Assembly: GCA_023213395.1 (NCBI GenBank)
Contig: CM041465.1
Coordinates: 211,427,741-211,491,740 of the forward strand
DNA length: 64,000 nucleotides
Direction: 5' to 3'
From: Cycas panzhihuaensis
Taxonomy: Eukaryota; Plantae; Cycadophyta
Shown piece after piece: positions 39,720 through 54,600 of this stretch (position 1 is its first letter; every line of letters begins with the position of its first letter). Under the pieces are notes generated by a model that was not told where the DNA came from, made no database searches, and saw only the letters and a list, made by a program, of their open reading frames with translations. The position numbers were made by a program, and so were the translations under genes.

Positions 39720-42700
39720 TCTTAACCCAATTATATTATACTAGGTGGAATGGTTCTAATAACTATATGTTTTGTAATTATTGAACACCATTCTAGAATT
39801 ATATCTACATTAAATATTTTGTTATACAAAAAAATAACATTTATATTATGCTTTTGTGGTTTTCTCAATACATGAAATCTAATCAAGAATAACATGGGCT
39901 TCTTTTGGTTTGACCATGACTCTTAAAATAACAATAGCCATTTATTTGTCCCCTCTTATAACAATGATTTGTTCAAGAGGTCTATCAATTCTTGATAATC
40001 CACAAAAGGATTAAAAATGTTGCCTAGCAAGTAATGCCTAAATTTTTGGAGGGCATGGATTATATCCAAACGACCATTTGTTGTCATCATATAATTATAT
40101 ACAATTATAGTTAAGTTTTTATCTGGAAAGTATTATGGATAGTTTACATTTTTATTTATAAACTAGGTTGAAATATATCCAATAACATTTAAGAATGCAT
40201 CAACATAGACTTATTTTTTTCCTTTTTCTTGTCAATTGAAAATTTTCAACGTTGTCATTTGGTTAATTTTAAGTTTTGATACATTGTACATTGAACACCA
40301 TTTACTTATTTGTCCCCCATGTCAAGGGCATATCTTGACTTGAGAGTTTCTCCATTGGTAGTCAAAGTCGAGCAATGTCTTTAATAATTTTTTGATAATA
40401 ACTTATCATCTATAACAATTCTTAATTTGTTTTAGAGTAATTGAAATTATGAACAATGTAATTAATTTCACTTTGTGCTATATTTGTTACTAACCCTTAT
40501 TTTCCAAAAATGTGACTTAATAAAATTCCAAATGGTACCATAGATTTGTATATTAGAGGGTTAAGATATAATTTATGTATTTTTCACAATCTTTTGTAAT
40601 GACTCTTAGGTTTCTCAAATGATTATTCATTAAACTATATAGTGCCCAAATATCAAGTAAACCTTTAACCTTTGTATCAATTGCCTTTCTACATATATAT
40701 AACACAAATTTATGAAATGATGTTGGGGCATTTATAAATCAAAATGGCATTTTTTAGTAAGCATGTGTTCCTCATACTATCAAATGTGTGTATTTTTATT
40801 GATCTTTTGGGGATAATTTTAACCTAATTATAACCACTAAGACACTTGTAAAAACATCCACTTTAGAATCAACGACTCTGAAAGGCATATTTAGTAAATG
40901 ATGTTGAAAATAGGTCTTTCTTACTGATTTCGTTAGTGGTCAAATATCAAAACAAATACATACTTTTCCAATTTTCTTTTTCAGCACCATCAGTAGTCTC
41001 ATACACTAGTATTACCAACCTTGTAAATATAATTTAATGGAAACATCTAATCTAACTCTATCTTTACTTAATCCTTAACCATAGGATTCTTCTAGGGAGG
41101 CCTTTGTCATACTAATTTTGCACCTTCCCCTAATTTTATCTTCTATATTCCAAACTTTAGTGGAATTCCTTGGCTTTGCAAGATCCCACAAATATATTTG
41201 TTTCAGCATATATTATGTTTGTGTATTTAAGTGCAAACTCCCTTACCTTTCAAGGTTCCTCACCATTGATTAAAGCTTCCATATCTTGTACTTCATCTTG
41301 AGGCTCAAGCTTGGTCCTATCTTTAGACCAAGATTTGTTAGATTATAAGCTAAAATAGGTATATGATTTCTCTCTAAGTTTTTCGTTCTCTCCACAAATT
41401 GATCAATTGTTCCCCACTCCCCAACCCCCAACTTTCCATACCTTTATTTCCAAATGATTATAGAAAATTCACCCTTCATCCTATTTGATTCTCCTTTACT
41501 TTTCTAATTCTCTACTTAGATTTTAATTCTCTTTGTCATTGTAGTATTACAAATAACTAGTACAAAGGAAGCTTTAGCATGCTTTACTTTTTTAGTTAAT
41601 TTCTATAGAGTTTAATATATTTAATAGATTTTAACTTTTATTAAAAAATAGTAATGATGATTATAATTCACCACCAAATTGTATTTAAAATACTTTTGTA
41701 ATAATATCTAAAGAGAAAATATAATCGTAGAAGCAATATATTAATAGAACTTTAAACTATGCAAAGAACAAATAGCATAAACAAACCAAGTACACAACAA
41801 AGAACACTGGGAGATTTTAGTCTAAGTATAGATCTTTTATTAATCTAAGCAACAACTAAAGAATTACATAGATGAAAATTTCCAACTCTTCTCATTAACT
41901 TATTAAAGACTCATCCAAACTTTTACATGTACCATTACATAATAATATATAGGCACAACTTTACAATATATTGCCTTGTAGTTTTACAATATAATGGACA
42001 TAAGCCATGGGTCGAAAAAGACACCTAAAAAGTTTTCTCAGGAGCTCTCACCTGTAAACCCTTGCCTGGGGGGTCATTGCCCCCCTAGACCCACTAGTTG
42101 AAGGCCTTACAATGGGCCTCTGGACCCCATAAAAGGGGCTTAAATGTAATACTTATACCTATGTAACACTTGCAAAGTGTTCAACATATCCAACAATATG
42201 TATAATGCCATCTCTTCTATATGCCATATGCCAATATAAGGTTAGGCTTTTAAGTATTAACGGTACTAGTATTCTCCACTACTTCCTTTCCCAATTGCGT
42301 AAATCCCTATAATACTTAATGCAACATTGTGTATGTTAAATAGTTTTCCTCATAAAATGATATTTAATCAATTTTGTAGATTTTATATAACATTAGAAGT
42401 GACCTTATTATTTATCTTTTTGTATCTTTATTTTCTTCCTTCTTTAATCATGTTTCATAGAATTCCTCATCACTTTATCTTGAATTAGTATCATAAAGTT
42501 CTTTCCCACCACTTGATTAAGAATCTCCTTCCTCATATATTATAAATTATTCAATGCCACTCACTTCATAGACCTTTTGAGCCATTTGGCTAACATAAAG
42601 GTGGTGCTTATGCTCCTCTCTTCCTTGTCTAATTTAATTTAGTATAAATGAAGCATTGCATATTCTTTAATTTCTTTGTTACATCCTACTATATATTAGT

Positions 42701-44612
42701 AATTTAACTTATAATAAGAATTATCTATAGACTCCCTTGATATAACTGCAATTAGGGTTTGATTATTAATTTGTTCATATTCTAGCTTTATTGAAGCCAT
42801 AACCATTCTTATTTATTTATTTTTGCCATGTAATGTAAAGGTATGGGTTCTCTAATTTTAAATAGTTTTAATGGAATAAATCCATTATCATTAAAAGGTA
42901 GACTACAAGTATGCTCTTGCATCCATTTTTGTTATCACAAAATACTATTTTATCCATAATCATCCCCATTGGGTTGATTCTCATATAATTAGCTAGTTTT
43001 AGAGAGAATATTAAGCATGTTAAATGCCACTTCCTTATTTGACTTCATGTTTCCTTAAGTAATGCATTGACCCTCTTAACCTTCATCCACGGAGGTATTA
43101 TTTACCATTAGATCATCAATTAACATCCTATTTTGTGGTCTTTAGTTTTAAAAGCCTCCTTTCTTTTTTTGTCCCTTTTTTCAAACATTTAGGGCCTCCT
43201 TGTTATAGGAAAGTATATTGAAATACCTTGAACTTCACCATTTAAACACCTTCATAAGGAGGACTGTTAGTCCAAATACTTTTATTAATTCTCATAACAA
43301 TAACAATTTTTAACTCCTAAAGAGTTCTCTTAGGTGCCTTACTTTTGATATTTTAATTTTCTTGAGTGTAGACTATAATTCTAGTTGTATTTCCTTATGG
43401 TTTCTAATACTTTTTAAGGAAAAATTTTAATAATCTTTCAATTTACAATATTATTTTCTCTTATTTCCTAATCCATAGTTACTATCCTTCTTGTTGTTGC
43501 TAGTTCTTTGATGTGTTCAATAATAGTTTCCCCTTCTAGTAATCATCAATTTTCTTCCATGAATTTGGAAGTGTTTTGTTTTAAATTTAATGGTTTGATT
43601 TTTGATATAATTCTTATGTAATCCATTATATTTGTTTTCAAATCTATAATTATTGTGATTATATTAGAAAATTTCATTTTCTAGGGATGCTTTAGGCAAT
43701 ATTGTCACTCATGATCTCCATGTCCACACTTTCTACAACAATATTCTACATTAAGTAGACGACAATATTCCTTGTAATGGAATGATACTTTACATTTAAG
43801 TGTTATCCATTGAATATTTTTCTCTTCTAGTGTATGTCCCAAGTAGATATACACCCTAGGGAATTGCACGTTTACTCCTTTTACAACCTCACCCACCACC
43901 TCTCTAGTGCTAACAATCTTCACTATTGAGAATGGCCAACTTACATTCTTCACATCACTTCATCATTTTTTGTCTCTCAGTAGATATTCTATCATTTGTA
44001 TTCTTCAATCACTTATATTTCCTCAACTTTAGTTGATCCTATTCTATTTTTAGCATTTTAACCATATTAGTTAACTCTGAGTTCATCTTTACTTTCATTG
44101 GAGCCATATGTTGAATTGCTCTTAATTCTCCATTTCACTTTGTAATTTATACATTTCTTACCCCACTCTTGGTTTCTTGGCACAAATTCTAGGGCCATAT
44201 ATCATTTTGTATATGAGTCTTAGTTATGTATTCAATCAATGGAACTTTAAAACTATGGCAATAACCATTACAGAATAATGCATGAATAGATCATCCACTC
44301 CATTTAACATTTTGGATACTGATTTACAAATATGACGATGGTAATCTCAAGTTGATTCATCATGTATTTCCTTCATCCCACATAATAACTAATAAATGAT
44401 TGTATAATGCCTTCTAAAATCTATCAAAAAACTATTTATACTACTATTCCCAACTTATTTTTGTTGGCTATATGTATTAATACTAGGCTATAATATAGAT
44501 CCATGTAAGGTTGGAAAAAATCACCTCTTAATTTCTTCTATATTCATAACTCTCTTGACACTAATTTGATTATGAAATAATGCTAAATGGTTTCTTGGGT
44601 CTCTAATTCTAT
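39720..44612 (-). mobile_element. Highly degenerate Ty3/Gypsy gag-pol
   Basis: Minus strand: RNase H IIHALQKFRHYLLGN ~40030, RT VIDD ~40405, MPF ~40745, LSGYN*V ~40825, paired zinc knuckles in ORF 43705-43953 (KCKVSFHYKEYC / CRKCGHGDHE). Confidence 0.75.
41709..42195 (-). mobile_element. Solo LTR of the Copia family at 16.4-20.4 kb and 28.4-33.0 kb
   Basis: Matches both 3' LTRs (AAGCAATAT..AATAGAACT...AAGAACAAA...GTCTAAG...; ACACTTG.AAAGTGTT.AACATAT.CAACA). Near-perfect 5-bp target site duplication ATATC (41704-41708) / ATATG (42196-42200). Confidence 0.88.
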
Positions 44613-47600
44613 TGTTGGGAAAATGCCCACATTGTGGCTATATTCCATATCTGTACATGTCTGAATAAGGCAATGCTCTCTATGATATTTATCAACACCA
44701 AGTAACAATGGGTCTTAAGAGGTGTGTCGATGCATTCTCAATCTTGCACATTTATTTATGGGGTCCAAAGATCCTAACATTCATCGACACCACCCATGTG
44801 CTTAGATCTTTCTTGTCTATTTGTGCTTTCATCTTTATGTTGTCCATTGATACCTACATTTGGTATTAGAGTCATATTACTCCTCTCAAGTCTCCTATCC
44901 ATTTAATGTATGCACATATCTGCCATGTCCTTTAATGGAGTATTGACCTTTAGAAGTCTTGAGCATACTATGGAATGTTTATGAAGTTCATGTGATGGGT
45001 GTGTCAATTTGGGCTTGGATGAAATTATCTCTAGTCATGCATCTATATTCATTCTAGGTATTGATAGCATGTGACATCCTTATCTATTTCAAGTGTCAAG
45101 ATTAATACTAACATTGGGCAATTGATGCATCTTTGTTTTAACATTGCATTTCATTTGCATGCATTACTAACACAATATTCTATTACTTTATGTAAACTAC
45201 ATGTTCATTTGCATGTATTACCCTTGCATGCGAATTGCTAGGTTTGTTTCATCTAGTTTGTTTAGTTTGCCTAATGTATTCAATTTTATTCTATCCATTT
45301 GTTTGCATAAGTATTTTTATTTGTGTTATTTATTATTAATTTGAGTTTGCATCTGAATACCAACATCTACTTGCCTTGAGTTGAGTACTTCCATTAGATC
45401 TAATTATGTTGAGTACCTATATTACATCACATTATGGCAATAGATATTATAGTCTTTAGGATAAATCTATGTTTTTTATCCATGGTCTCCATATACTTCA
45501 ACAAGTCATATTCCACATCCATGTTTATCTTTGTATTTATGTTGATGAGTGTTTTGTAAGGTACGAGGAAAACAACACATATCTATGTATTTGTTTCTCA
45601 CATTTTAAATCGATGTGTGCACTCAATGCATTTGTCCATCCATCTATGTTGGCTTGCATATCACCTACATGTGTTGACAAGTCTTTAGCCATCCCCTCAT
45701 CATCTATGTATTGCCTAGTTTATTTATTTAGTAAGAGAACATCTCATCACCTATAGGGAATTGCACTTTTGCTTCTTTTATAACCTCACCCACCACCTCT
45801 CTAGTGCTAACAATCTTCACTATTGAGGATGGCCAACTTACATTCTTCACATCACTTCATCATTTTTTATCTCTCAATAGATATTCTAGTATTTGTATTC
45901 TTCAATCACTTATCTTTCCTCAACTTTAGTTAATCCTATTCTATTTTTAGCATTTTAACCATATCAGTTAACTCTGAATTCATCTTTACTTGCATTGGAG
46001 CCATATGTTGAGTTGCTCTTAGTTCTCCATTTTACTTTGTAATTTATACATTTCTTACCCCACTCTTGGTTTCTTGGCACAAATTCTAGGGCCATATATC
46101 ATTTTTGTATATGAGTCTTAGTTACGTATTCAATCAATGGAACTTAAAACTATGGCAATAACTATTACCAAAAAATGCATGAACAGATCATCCACTCCAT
46201 TTAACATTTTGGATACTGATTTACAAATATGATAATGGTAATCTCAAGTTGATTCATCATGTATTTCCTTCATCCCACATAATAACTAATAAATGGTTGT
46301 ATAATGCCTTCTAAAATCTATCAAAAAACTATTTCTACTACTATTCCCAACTTATTTTTGTTGGCTATATGTACTAATACTAGGCTATAATATAGATCCA
46401 TGTAAGGTTGGAAATAAATCACCTCTTAATTTCTTCTATATTCATAACTCTCTTGACACTAATTTGATTATGAAATAATACTAAATGGTTTCTTGGGTCT
46501 CTAATTCTATCGTTGGGAAAATGCCCATATTATGGCTATATTCCATATCTCTATATGTCTAAGTAAGGCAATGCTCTCTATGACATTTGTCAACACCAAG
46601 AAATAATGGACGTTAAGAGGTGTGTTAATGCACTCTCAATCTTGCATATTTATATATGGGGTCCAAAGACCCTAGCATTCAACACCACCTATATGCTTAG
46701 ATCTTTTTTTGTCTATTTGTGCTTTCATCTTTATGTTATCCATGGATACCTATGTTTAGTATTAGAGTCACATTACTCCTCTCGAATCTCTTGTCCATTT
46801 AATGTATGCACAAATCTGCCATGTCCTTTAATGGAGTATTGACCTTTAGAAGTCTTGAGCATACTATGGAATGTTTATCAAGTTCACGTGATGGGTGTGC
46901 CAATTTCGGCTTGGATGAAATTGTCTCTGGTCATGCATCTATATTTATTCTAGGTATTGACTGCATGTGATATCCTTATCTATTTGAAGTGTCAAGATTA
47001 ATACTAGCATTGGGCAATTGATGCATCTTTGTTTTAACATTGCATTTCATTTGCATGCATTACTAACATAATATTCTATTACTATATATAAACTACATGT
47101 TCATTTGCATGTATTACCCTTGCATGCGAATTGCTAGGTTTGTTTCATCTAGTTTGTTTAGTTTGCCCAATGTATTTAATTTTATTCTATCCATTTATTT
47201 GCATAAGTATTTTCATTTGCGTTATTTATTATTAATCTGAGTTTGCATCCGAATACCAACATCTACTTGCCTTGAGTTGAGTACTTCCATTACATCTAAT
47301 TATGTTGAGTACCTATATTACATCACATCATAGCAATAGATATTACAATCTTTAGGATAAATCTATGTATTTTATCCATGGGATCCATATACTTCAATAA
47401 GTCATATTCCACATCCATGTTTATCTTTGTATTTATGTTGATGAGTGTTTTGTAAGGTACGAGAAAAACAACACATATCTATGTATTTGTTTCTCACATT
47501 TTAAATCGATGTGTACACTCAAAGCATTTGTCCATCCATCTATGTTGGCTTGCATATCACCTCCATGTGTTGACAAGTCTTTAGCCATCCTCTACATCAT

Positions 47601-47646
47601 CTATGTATTGCCCAATTTATTTATTTAGGAAGAGAACATCTCATCA
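43857..47646. repeat. ~1.9-kb direct tandem duplication (43857-45753 / 45754-47646)
   Basis: Both copies begin TAGGGAATTGCAC and are colinear with high identity to GAACATCTCATCA. Each contains ~755 bp of Gypsy gag and ~1.14 kb of an LTR. Confidence 0.97.
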
Positions 47647-48173
47647 TCTCATTTGTCTACTTGATAACATCACACATTCACCTATTCATAATCAATATTG
47701 TGTCTCCCTCATTTGTTGGCAATTATGGTCGTGTCTCAATTCAGGTCAAACTATTTCCTAGTGTTTGTTTACATTTGTAAATTACTAGGCATGAGGTTAA
47801 AGTCAAAGAGCATGACGTTAAGTAAAGATATATCCAGTCTCTTTCAAGTCTTTGTAACATAGATGACTTAATGGTGAAGACAAGTGAAGCTCTCCAGTCT
47901 CTTACATACTTACCTTTATAGCATCTTGAAGTGGTCAAATCAGTCATACGAAGGGTTTTATCAGGGTCTAAGCCCAATCAAGTGGTAGTCCCATAACATA
48001 GTACTAATTATGTAGAAGTCATCTATGTAATTGAGTTAACACCTATTATGTTTGATAAGCAACTAGAGAAATCATTATTTGAGCATATAATATTTTAAAA
48101 TTTTTAATTATATTTCATATACTATTAAGTTTGTTGTGTTTTATTCCCTCTGTCACATAACCTATAGGTCACA
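46511..48173 (+). mobile_element. Long LTR (a partial duplicate lies at 44613-45749)
   Basis: Starts (T/C)GTTGGGAAAATGCCC. Probable end ...GGTCACA at 48173, followed by TATGGTAG (PBS-like). The right end is uncertain. Confidence 0.55.
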
Positions 48174-48860
48174 TATGGTAGCCAAGTGCCTAGAAGAATG
48201 TTTTTAAAGGGGATTACTTGCATTTTTAAAGAAGCCTACATTATTTTAAGTTCCTAATTCTATTTCAACAAGCATAACTATCATATGTAGGGCTTATTTT
48301 TAGATTCGTCATCTTTAGTATGATCTTCACTCTTACCTAATCAAAACAAGTGCTTCTATGTCTATAGTGGGTTTACATTTGGTGGTCCATTTAATAAGTC
48401 AAATTGATGTACTATTTTTATTACAATTTACGCACTAAGGGCTTTTCATTAAAATTGACCTCTTTGTACTATTTAAGACATAACTTTGCCAAAAAGTATT
48501 AGATTTAAGTGTCATTTAATAGGTTAGATTTGTATTTCTATTTTCTATAAAGTGAATGGTCATTTAGGTAATTTTGAAATATTTTTGATGTATTATTTTA
48601 ATGTTTAAAGTTATACAAGTTTATGGGTTTCTTATAAGTTGACCCTATAAACAAACTTAACACAAACTTCAGTTTGTTATCACAAATTGATATAAAAATC
48701 TTTATCTTGGAGGAGATTGATTACCAGTTAGGACACTTATGCATGTTCTAAAGTTGAAAGGGAATAATTTGACTTATGTTTGAATGTCTTTCTTTGCCTA
48801 TATTTAGTCCATTTGCCCTTCATCAAAGTAGTTTATTTTTTAAAGTAATTTTATTTTATC

Positions 48861-51603
48861 ATGGTTTCTAACACAAGTAATATAATAGTACTTAAGTTTG
48901 ATGGTACTAATTTGTTAAATTAAAGTTATAGAATGAAGCCTATATATATATCAAAGGACATGTGGGACTTAATCATAAATGGATATGATGCATTTGATTA
49001 TAATGCTACTACAAATTAGAAGAATACTTTCAAGGAGAACAAAGAGAGAGATAATGAGCTTTAACATTCATCTTTTATACTTTGGAGGACCACATTTTCT
49101 TAAGAGTAAGTGGGGTGACTACATCAAAAGAGGTATGGGATGCTTTGAAGATTACCTATGAAGGGTCAATTACATCAAAAATTTAAACACTAAAGATTAG
49201 ATTTAAAAACTATAGAATTTACAATAATAAGGTAGTTAATAACTTCATAACTAAGGTATAAGGCCTAATCAATTAAATAAGGCCTTTAAGAGAAGTTATT
49301 AGTGAACGAAATATGGTAGAATAAATTCTAAAGAGTGTTAGTGATATTAAGAGGTTTAAGATAGGAGCCATAAGTATTGAAGCCTCTAAAAACCTTATAA
49401 CACTTAGAGTTAATCAATCTAATACCATGATGTTAGTTGTTGAAGAGAAGAAAGGTGGTAGTGAGTCCTTGTAATATGAATTTTCCACTAAGGTAAAGAT
49501 TATGCCATTTTATAAAGGCCAAAGTTTTAGAGAAAGAGGTCAAACTCCTAGAGGAAGGGACCAAAACTTTATAAACTAAGGATAATTTTACTAAGGGCTA
49601 TTTATCAAGGTTAAGGTCAAATTCATCAAGGACAGGAACAATTCTATCAAGGACAAGCATATAGGAATCAATGACAATATAATCAAGGCTAATTTAATCA
49701 AGGTTAAGGTGAAGGTTTTAGATCTTAAGGAAGAGGAAGAGGACAAAATTAAAAAGGAAAGAATCAAGGACAAAGAGGAAGGAAAGATAAAGGAATAATA
49801 TAATGTTCCTATTGCCATATAGATGGACACTTAGAAAATAATTATTTTATAAAAAGATCTAGCATACAAAGGGAAGCAACAAATATAATAGTCAAATATC
49901 CAAGGGAAAATAAAATACTTTTCCTATCAAGTCTAATGGCTAATAAAGAGGAGGATAGTTATTATATTGATTCACATTACTCTACTCATTGGACAATTCT
50001 CAAATAAGTAAAATCATGTTTAGAGATAATACTATTCAAGCTATAACAGGTAAAGGGAATATAACCATCTAAATATATTTTAAAGAAACTAAGTGCATTA
50101 ATGATATACTTTATGTCCCTACACTTAAAAAAACCTTGTTATTAGTTGGTTAAATAATGGAGCAAAAATATAAAGTTCTATTTGATAATAATGATTGTAT
50201 AATTAGAGACAAATTGAAGAATGAAGGAATAGTTGTTAAGGGTCAAATTACTTGTGACAAGTTATTTAAGTTAGTCATACCCCTAAATAAATATTATGCC
50301 TTGAATGCATCAATTGATGTGAATAATGAGACTTGGCATAAAAGATTTGGCCATATGAACTACAACAACTTATAAATAATAAATAAAATAGAAATGGTGA
50401 TTGGTTTGCCTAACATTAAACATAATAAAGAAGTATGTGAAGGATGTATACTAGGCAAATAACAAAGGGAAGGATTTTCAAATGACAACTATAGAGTAAA
50501 TAGGCCATTACAACTAGTATGCACACATTTATGTGAGCTAATGGATTTACCATCCCTTATAGGAGCTAAGTACTTCATAACATTTATTGATGACTTTGTA
50601 ACAATGACTTGTATTTATTTTCTTAAATTTAATCAAATGCATTTTAATGCTTTATTGATTTCAAAGTGATGATTCAAAGATAATGAGAATTCATTTTAAA
50701 TGAATTCAAGGACTATTGTAAGTACTATAGGATAAGGAAGTAACTCACTAATACTTACACTCCTCAATAAAATGGGGTAGAAGAAAGAAAACATAAGACT
50801 ACTATTGAGATGAGAAGGAGCATGCTTAAGGATAAGCATATTAGTAATGAGTTTTAGGGAGAAGTTATTCATGTAATTATTTACTTATTAAACAAATACA
50901 CAAAAAATATAGTAAGAAAGATCACACTTGAAGAGGCTTGGATATGTCAAAAGAAGGATGAAGTTAAGTGATAAAAGCATTAAATGCATATTTATAAGAT
51001 ATAGTAATACATCAAGATCCTATGAATTATATGACTTTAAAGATAAAAAAATCATCATGAGCAGAGATATCATTTGTAATGAAGATGAATTCTATCAAGA
51101 GGAAGTTAATGAAAAGATAAAGGCAAAATAGTTGTAGTTGATATAGGACATAACTTAGACAGTATAAATATACATAATACAATGGAGTAGGTCCATCTAC
51201 TTCAAATTAAAATGTTCTAAAATGGGTATAAAGGGGTCATACCCCTCAATATATTTTAGATATAAACTTTAAGAGAAGGATAACTAGATCTTGAAGGGTA
51301 AATTCTGCATTAATAACTCAAGTTATGGACTCAAATAAGCTTCAAATTTTTGAAGAGGCAAATGGTCAAGATTAATGGAAAGAAGCAATAAAAGAGGAGT
51401 TTAGTGTCATAGTGAAGAATAACACATGGGAGTCAATTGATTTTCCACTAATAAAAAATGCCATTAGGATAAAATAGATCTATAAGACCAAGCACAAGTC
51501 ATATATTTCAATTGACAAGTACCAAGTATGGTTAGCTCTGAAGGGATATGCTCAAGTTAAAGGCAGAGACTATAATGAAATATTTGCACTAGTTGTAAGG
51601 TTA
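48861..51603 (+). mobile_element. Degenerate Ty1/Copia gag-pol, interrupted in RT
   Basis: gag KFDGTN...KDMWDLI; knuckle CSYCHIDGH ~49804; ETWHKRFGHMNY; CEGCILGK; FIDDF; YTPQ*NGVEERK; KCIFIRYS; RT KNNTWE...KGYAQVKGRDYNEIFALVVR, then an abrupt break. Confidence 0.88.
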
Positions 51604-54600
51604 GTAAAATACACGAGGCTAGAAGGGTAGATTACAAACTCCTTACTAATGATAAAAAACCTAGGGTGTGGAGGCTAAATACATGGGAAAGTAAACTAAC
51701 AACCCTAACTGGGATGTATGCGTGACTCTTGGGCATGAGTGTGAGGGAACACTATGCACTAAATAATGAAATGGAGGCTAAACTAGGGTAAAAGTGAGGG
51801 TTCATGTATGAGGATAAACGTATTATTTTGGTTTTGGGGGCCTATGGCAAGCTAGGGAGAAAGAAGCACATACATATATGCAACTATATGGCTTTTTATT
51901 TTTATAAAAAGCAACAAACAAACCCTAGCTAAGACATAATATTATCCCATATGTTTAAGAGCTCACAACCATGCAATCCCTTCTCTCATTCGAACTTCTA
52001 ACTAGATGACAAAACAAGGACCAATGCACCTAACATATCATGAAAATACAATGCAAATGGGAAAGAAAATGGGAATGCCTTTCACTTTTATTTTGGGTTT
52101 TTTTCTTATATTTGTATTTTTTAGGGGATTTTTTCCTTTTCAATTAAAAGAGAGAGAAAAAATAAAAGGTCTATAAAAAAAGATAAAACTAATTTCTTTT
52201 TCTTTTATTTTCTCGTATACTTTCTTTTCTTTGAGTTTTTTTTCTTTTTAAAAAGGAAAGGGGAGGTGAAGGGGGTTTAGGGTAAAAAAAACAATTCTTA
52301 GATTCCTTTTCCCTTACTTCTTAGATTAGTCCTAAAACTTCTTTTTCCTTTCCTTTCCTTTTTTTTCTTTACTAAAAAGAAAGAAAGCTAAGATAAGTGG
52401 AAAAATAATGTACCTAATAGTAGTGGGATTTATTTATTAAGCAACATCTTTCCTTAACTCATAGTGAATAATGCTAAGAAGATGGTCTTAATGGGAAATA
52501 CACTATAATATAAATCTAGAGAAAATTTGGCAACATTTCTACTTATTAGATATGCTTATGATGTAGAAAAGAATGCAATAAAGACTCCAAAAAATTTAAA
52601 AATATGTACGAAAGCTCAATGAGCTAACATACCTCTTTCGAGGAGTCATTACTAAAGAAGAATTTTGGTAGAAGAACCCAATCTTTAGGCTAATTATAGA
52701 GAGAAGTCTTGACCCCCTTCCTTCTTATAATGGAGTTAGTATACCTATAAGATAATTGCTAACTAAGAATATAATAAAATATGCATAATACCTCTAGCAT
52801 ACAATATGATCAAAGTTGAGCCAAAGTGATATCCAGGTTAACTAATAAGAAATGGGTGGGGAGTTCCTCATAATGGCCCATGTGTCACCCTAATATAGTA
52901 AACTCCTTAAGTTATACTTGGGTGTTACCTTCCTTTACAACTTCCTCTTTTGGATCTATAGAAAAATAAGCACAAATTAGGCTAATAAGAAGAATATGAT
53001 GTAAGGGAATGATTAAGCAATGAATGACAAGTTAAATGAAGCAAAATGAAATGAAAATAAGAAACAAATCATATGGAATAATTACCATAAAGAAAAAGGA
53101 GGAGGATTACCTCTTCCTTGAATGATGGATATGGCTAACAGTTGTTACACTCCCCTCTAAGACTCACTCTTGGTTCTAAAAGTATGTAGTCCCAAGGATA
53201 TAGTCATAAAGAAGGTATGTAAATCAAGGTTGCCTAATTCTTATGAAATTTTGGTAGTATAATAGTGTGGTATATGACTCAACTTAATCTCACCCCTCTA
53301 ATGAAAAAATTAGGGAGATTTATAGAGGAGGCAAAGGTTGAGGGAAGTGGTTTTCATCCCACAATATGGGAGAAAGCCACGAGATAAATCCATGAGTCTT
53401 GCTCATGTATTTGGACCAAATTCACATAGAGAAGATCGAAATGAGATGTGATTTCCCCTCATGGGCCATCCAAATCTAATAAGCATCAGTCTAGGGCCAA
53501 CATGAGTCATCCAAAACTATTAGGGAAGCATTTATGAGCTAACTATTACTGATAAATCTAAATCTTAGTTGGTGATAGTGATACCATGAAGATATTTGCG
53601 CTACTACAAAATTATTCACAATACCGCTATTGCATATAAAATAGACAATGGTATAGTAACAAATTTAATTTTCCAATGAAAGACCCATATAAATAAGCTA
53701 AAAACTCATGAATGTAGAGACCTAGATATAGACATAGTTGAAAAAGAGTAACAAACAATAAAAAAATAAGAGAATCAATGAATTAAAATAAAGTAAAGAA
53801 GATGTTACAAAGGAGATAATCACATGTTCTCACTTGAGGAGATTGATGAGTGGACTAACGACCACCAATTGGAGTCATACTTATCATTGGCTAAAAAATA
53901 CATGGGTTACTATATCTAATAATCAAGCAAATGAAAGCATACACCCATTATCTATAATCATGACATGTAAAATTAATAAAGTATAAAGAGTAATGGACCA
54001 TACCTTCACTTATAACTATTTACTATAGTGTCTATGCCATTCCAAGAAGTTAGGAAATGTTAACCACTTAATAATAAAGCTTCTTCAACTTGTAGCTAGA
54101 ATATGGTGAATGTTGCTAATACAAATGATGTGAGATGTACCAAACCAATATGTGTATGGAATAAGGGGCGAGGTCTACCATTATTTTATCTTATTAATAG
54201 GTGATAAGAGGGTGTTACCCTTAGTTTAACCTTATTAGAAAACTACTTAGTGGTGTATAAACTAGGAAGGATGATGGGTTGGTAATTGAATCAACCCAAG
54301 TGGGTTTATGGCTACAATGGACCTAGACATGTATAAGTAGAGGAGCCAAGTGGTTAAAACATTGCATCAATAATAAGACAAGATGTGTAACATTGCCCAA
54401 AATGGGACTCTAAAGGCCTAGGCCCTTAAATACATGAAGTGGTGCTTCAAATACCTAAGGGAGAGACTTAATGGTTGAGGTGGATCACTATAATTTAACA
54501 TCATTAGTGGTTGTATTTCGAAGGAGGAGTTATTTGGGATCGTCTCAGAGTTATATTCTTTTTTTTTTTTCCTTTTATATTTTTGGTGGATTTATATTAT

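Noticed and set aside
45469-46842. ORFs 45469-45756 and 46606-46842 as genes
   Set aside because: They lie in LTR sequence, have no recognisable motifs, and are not kept as equivalent ORFs in the duplicate copy.
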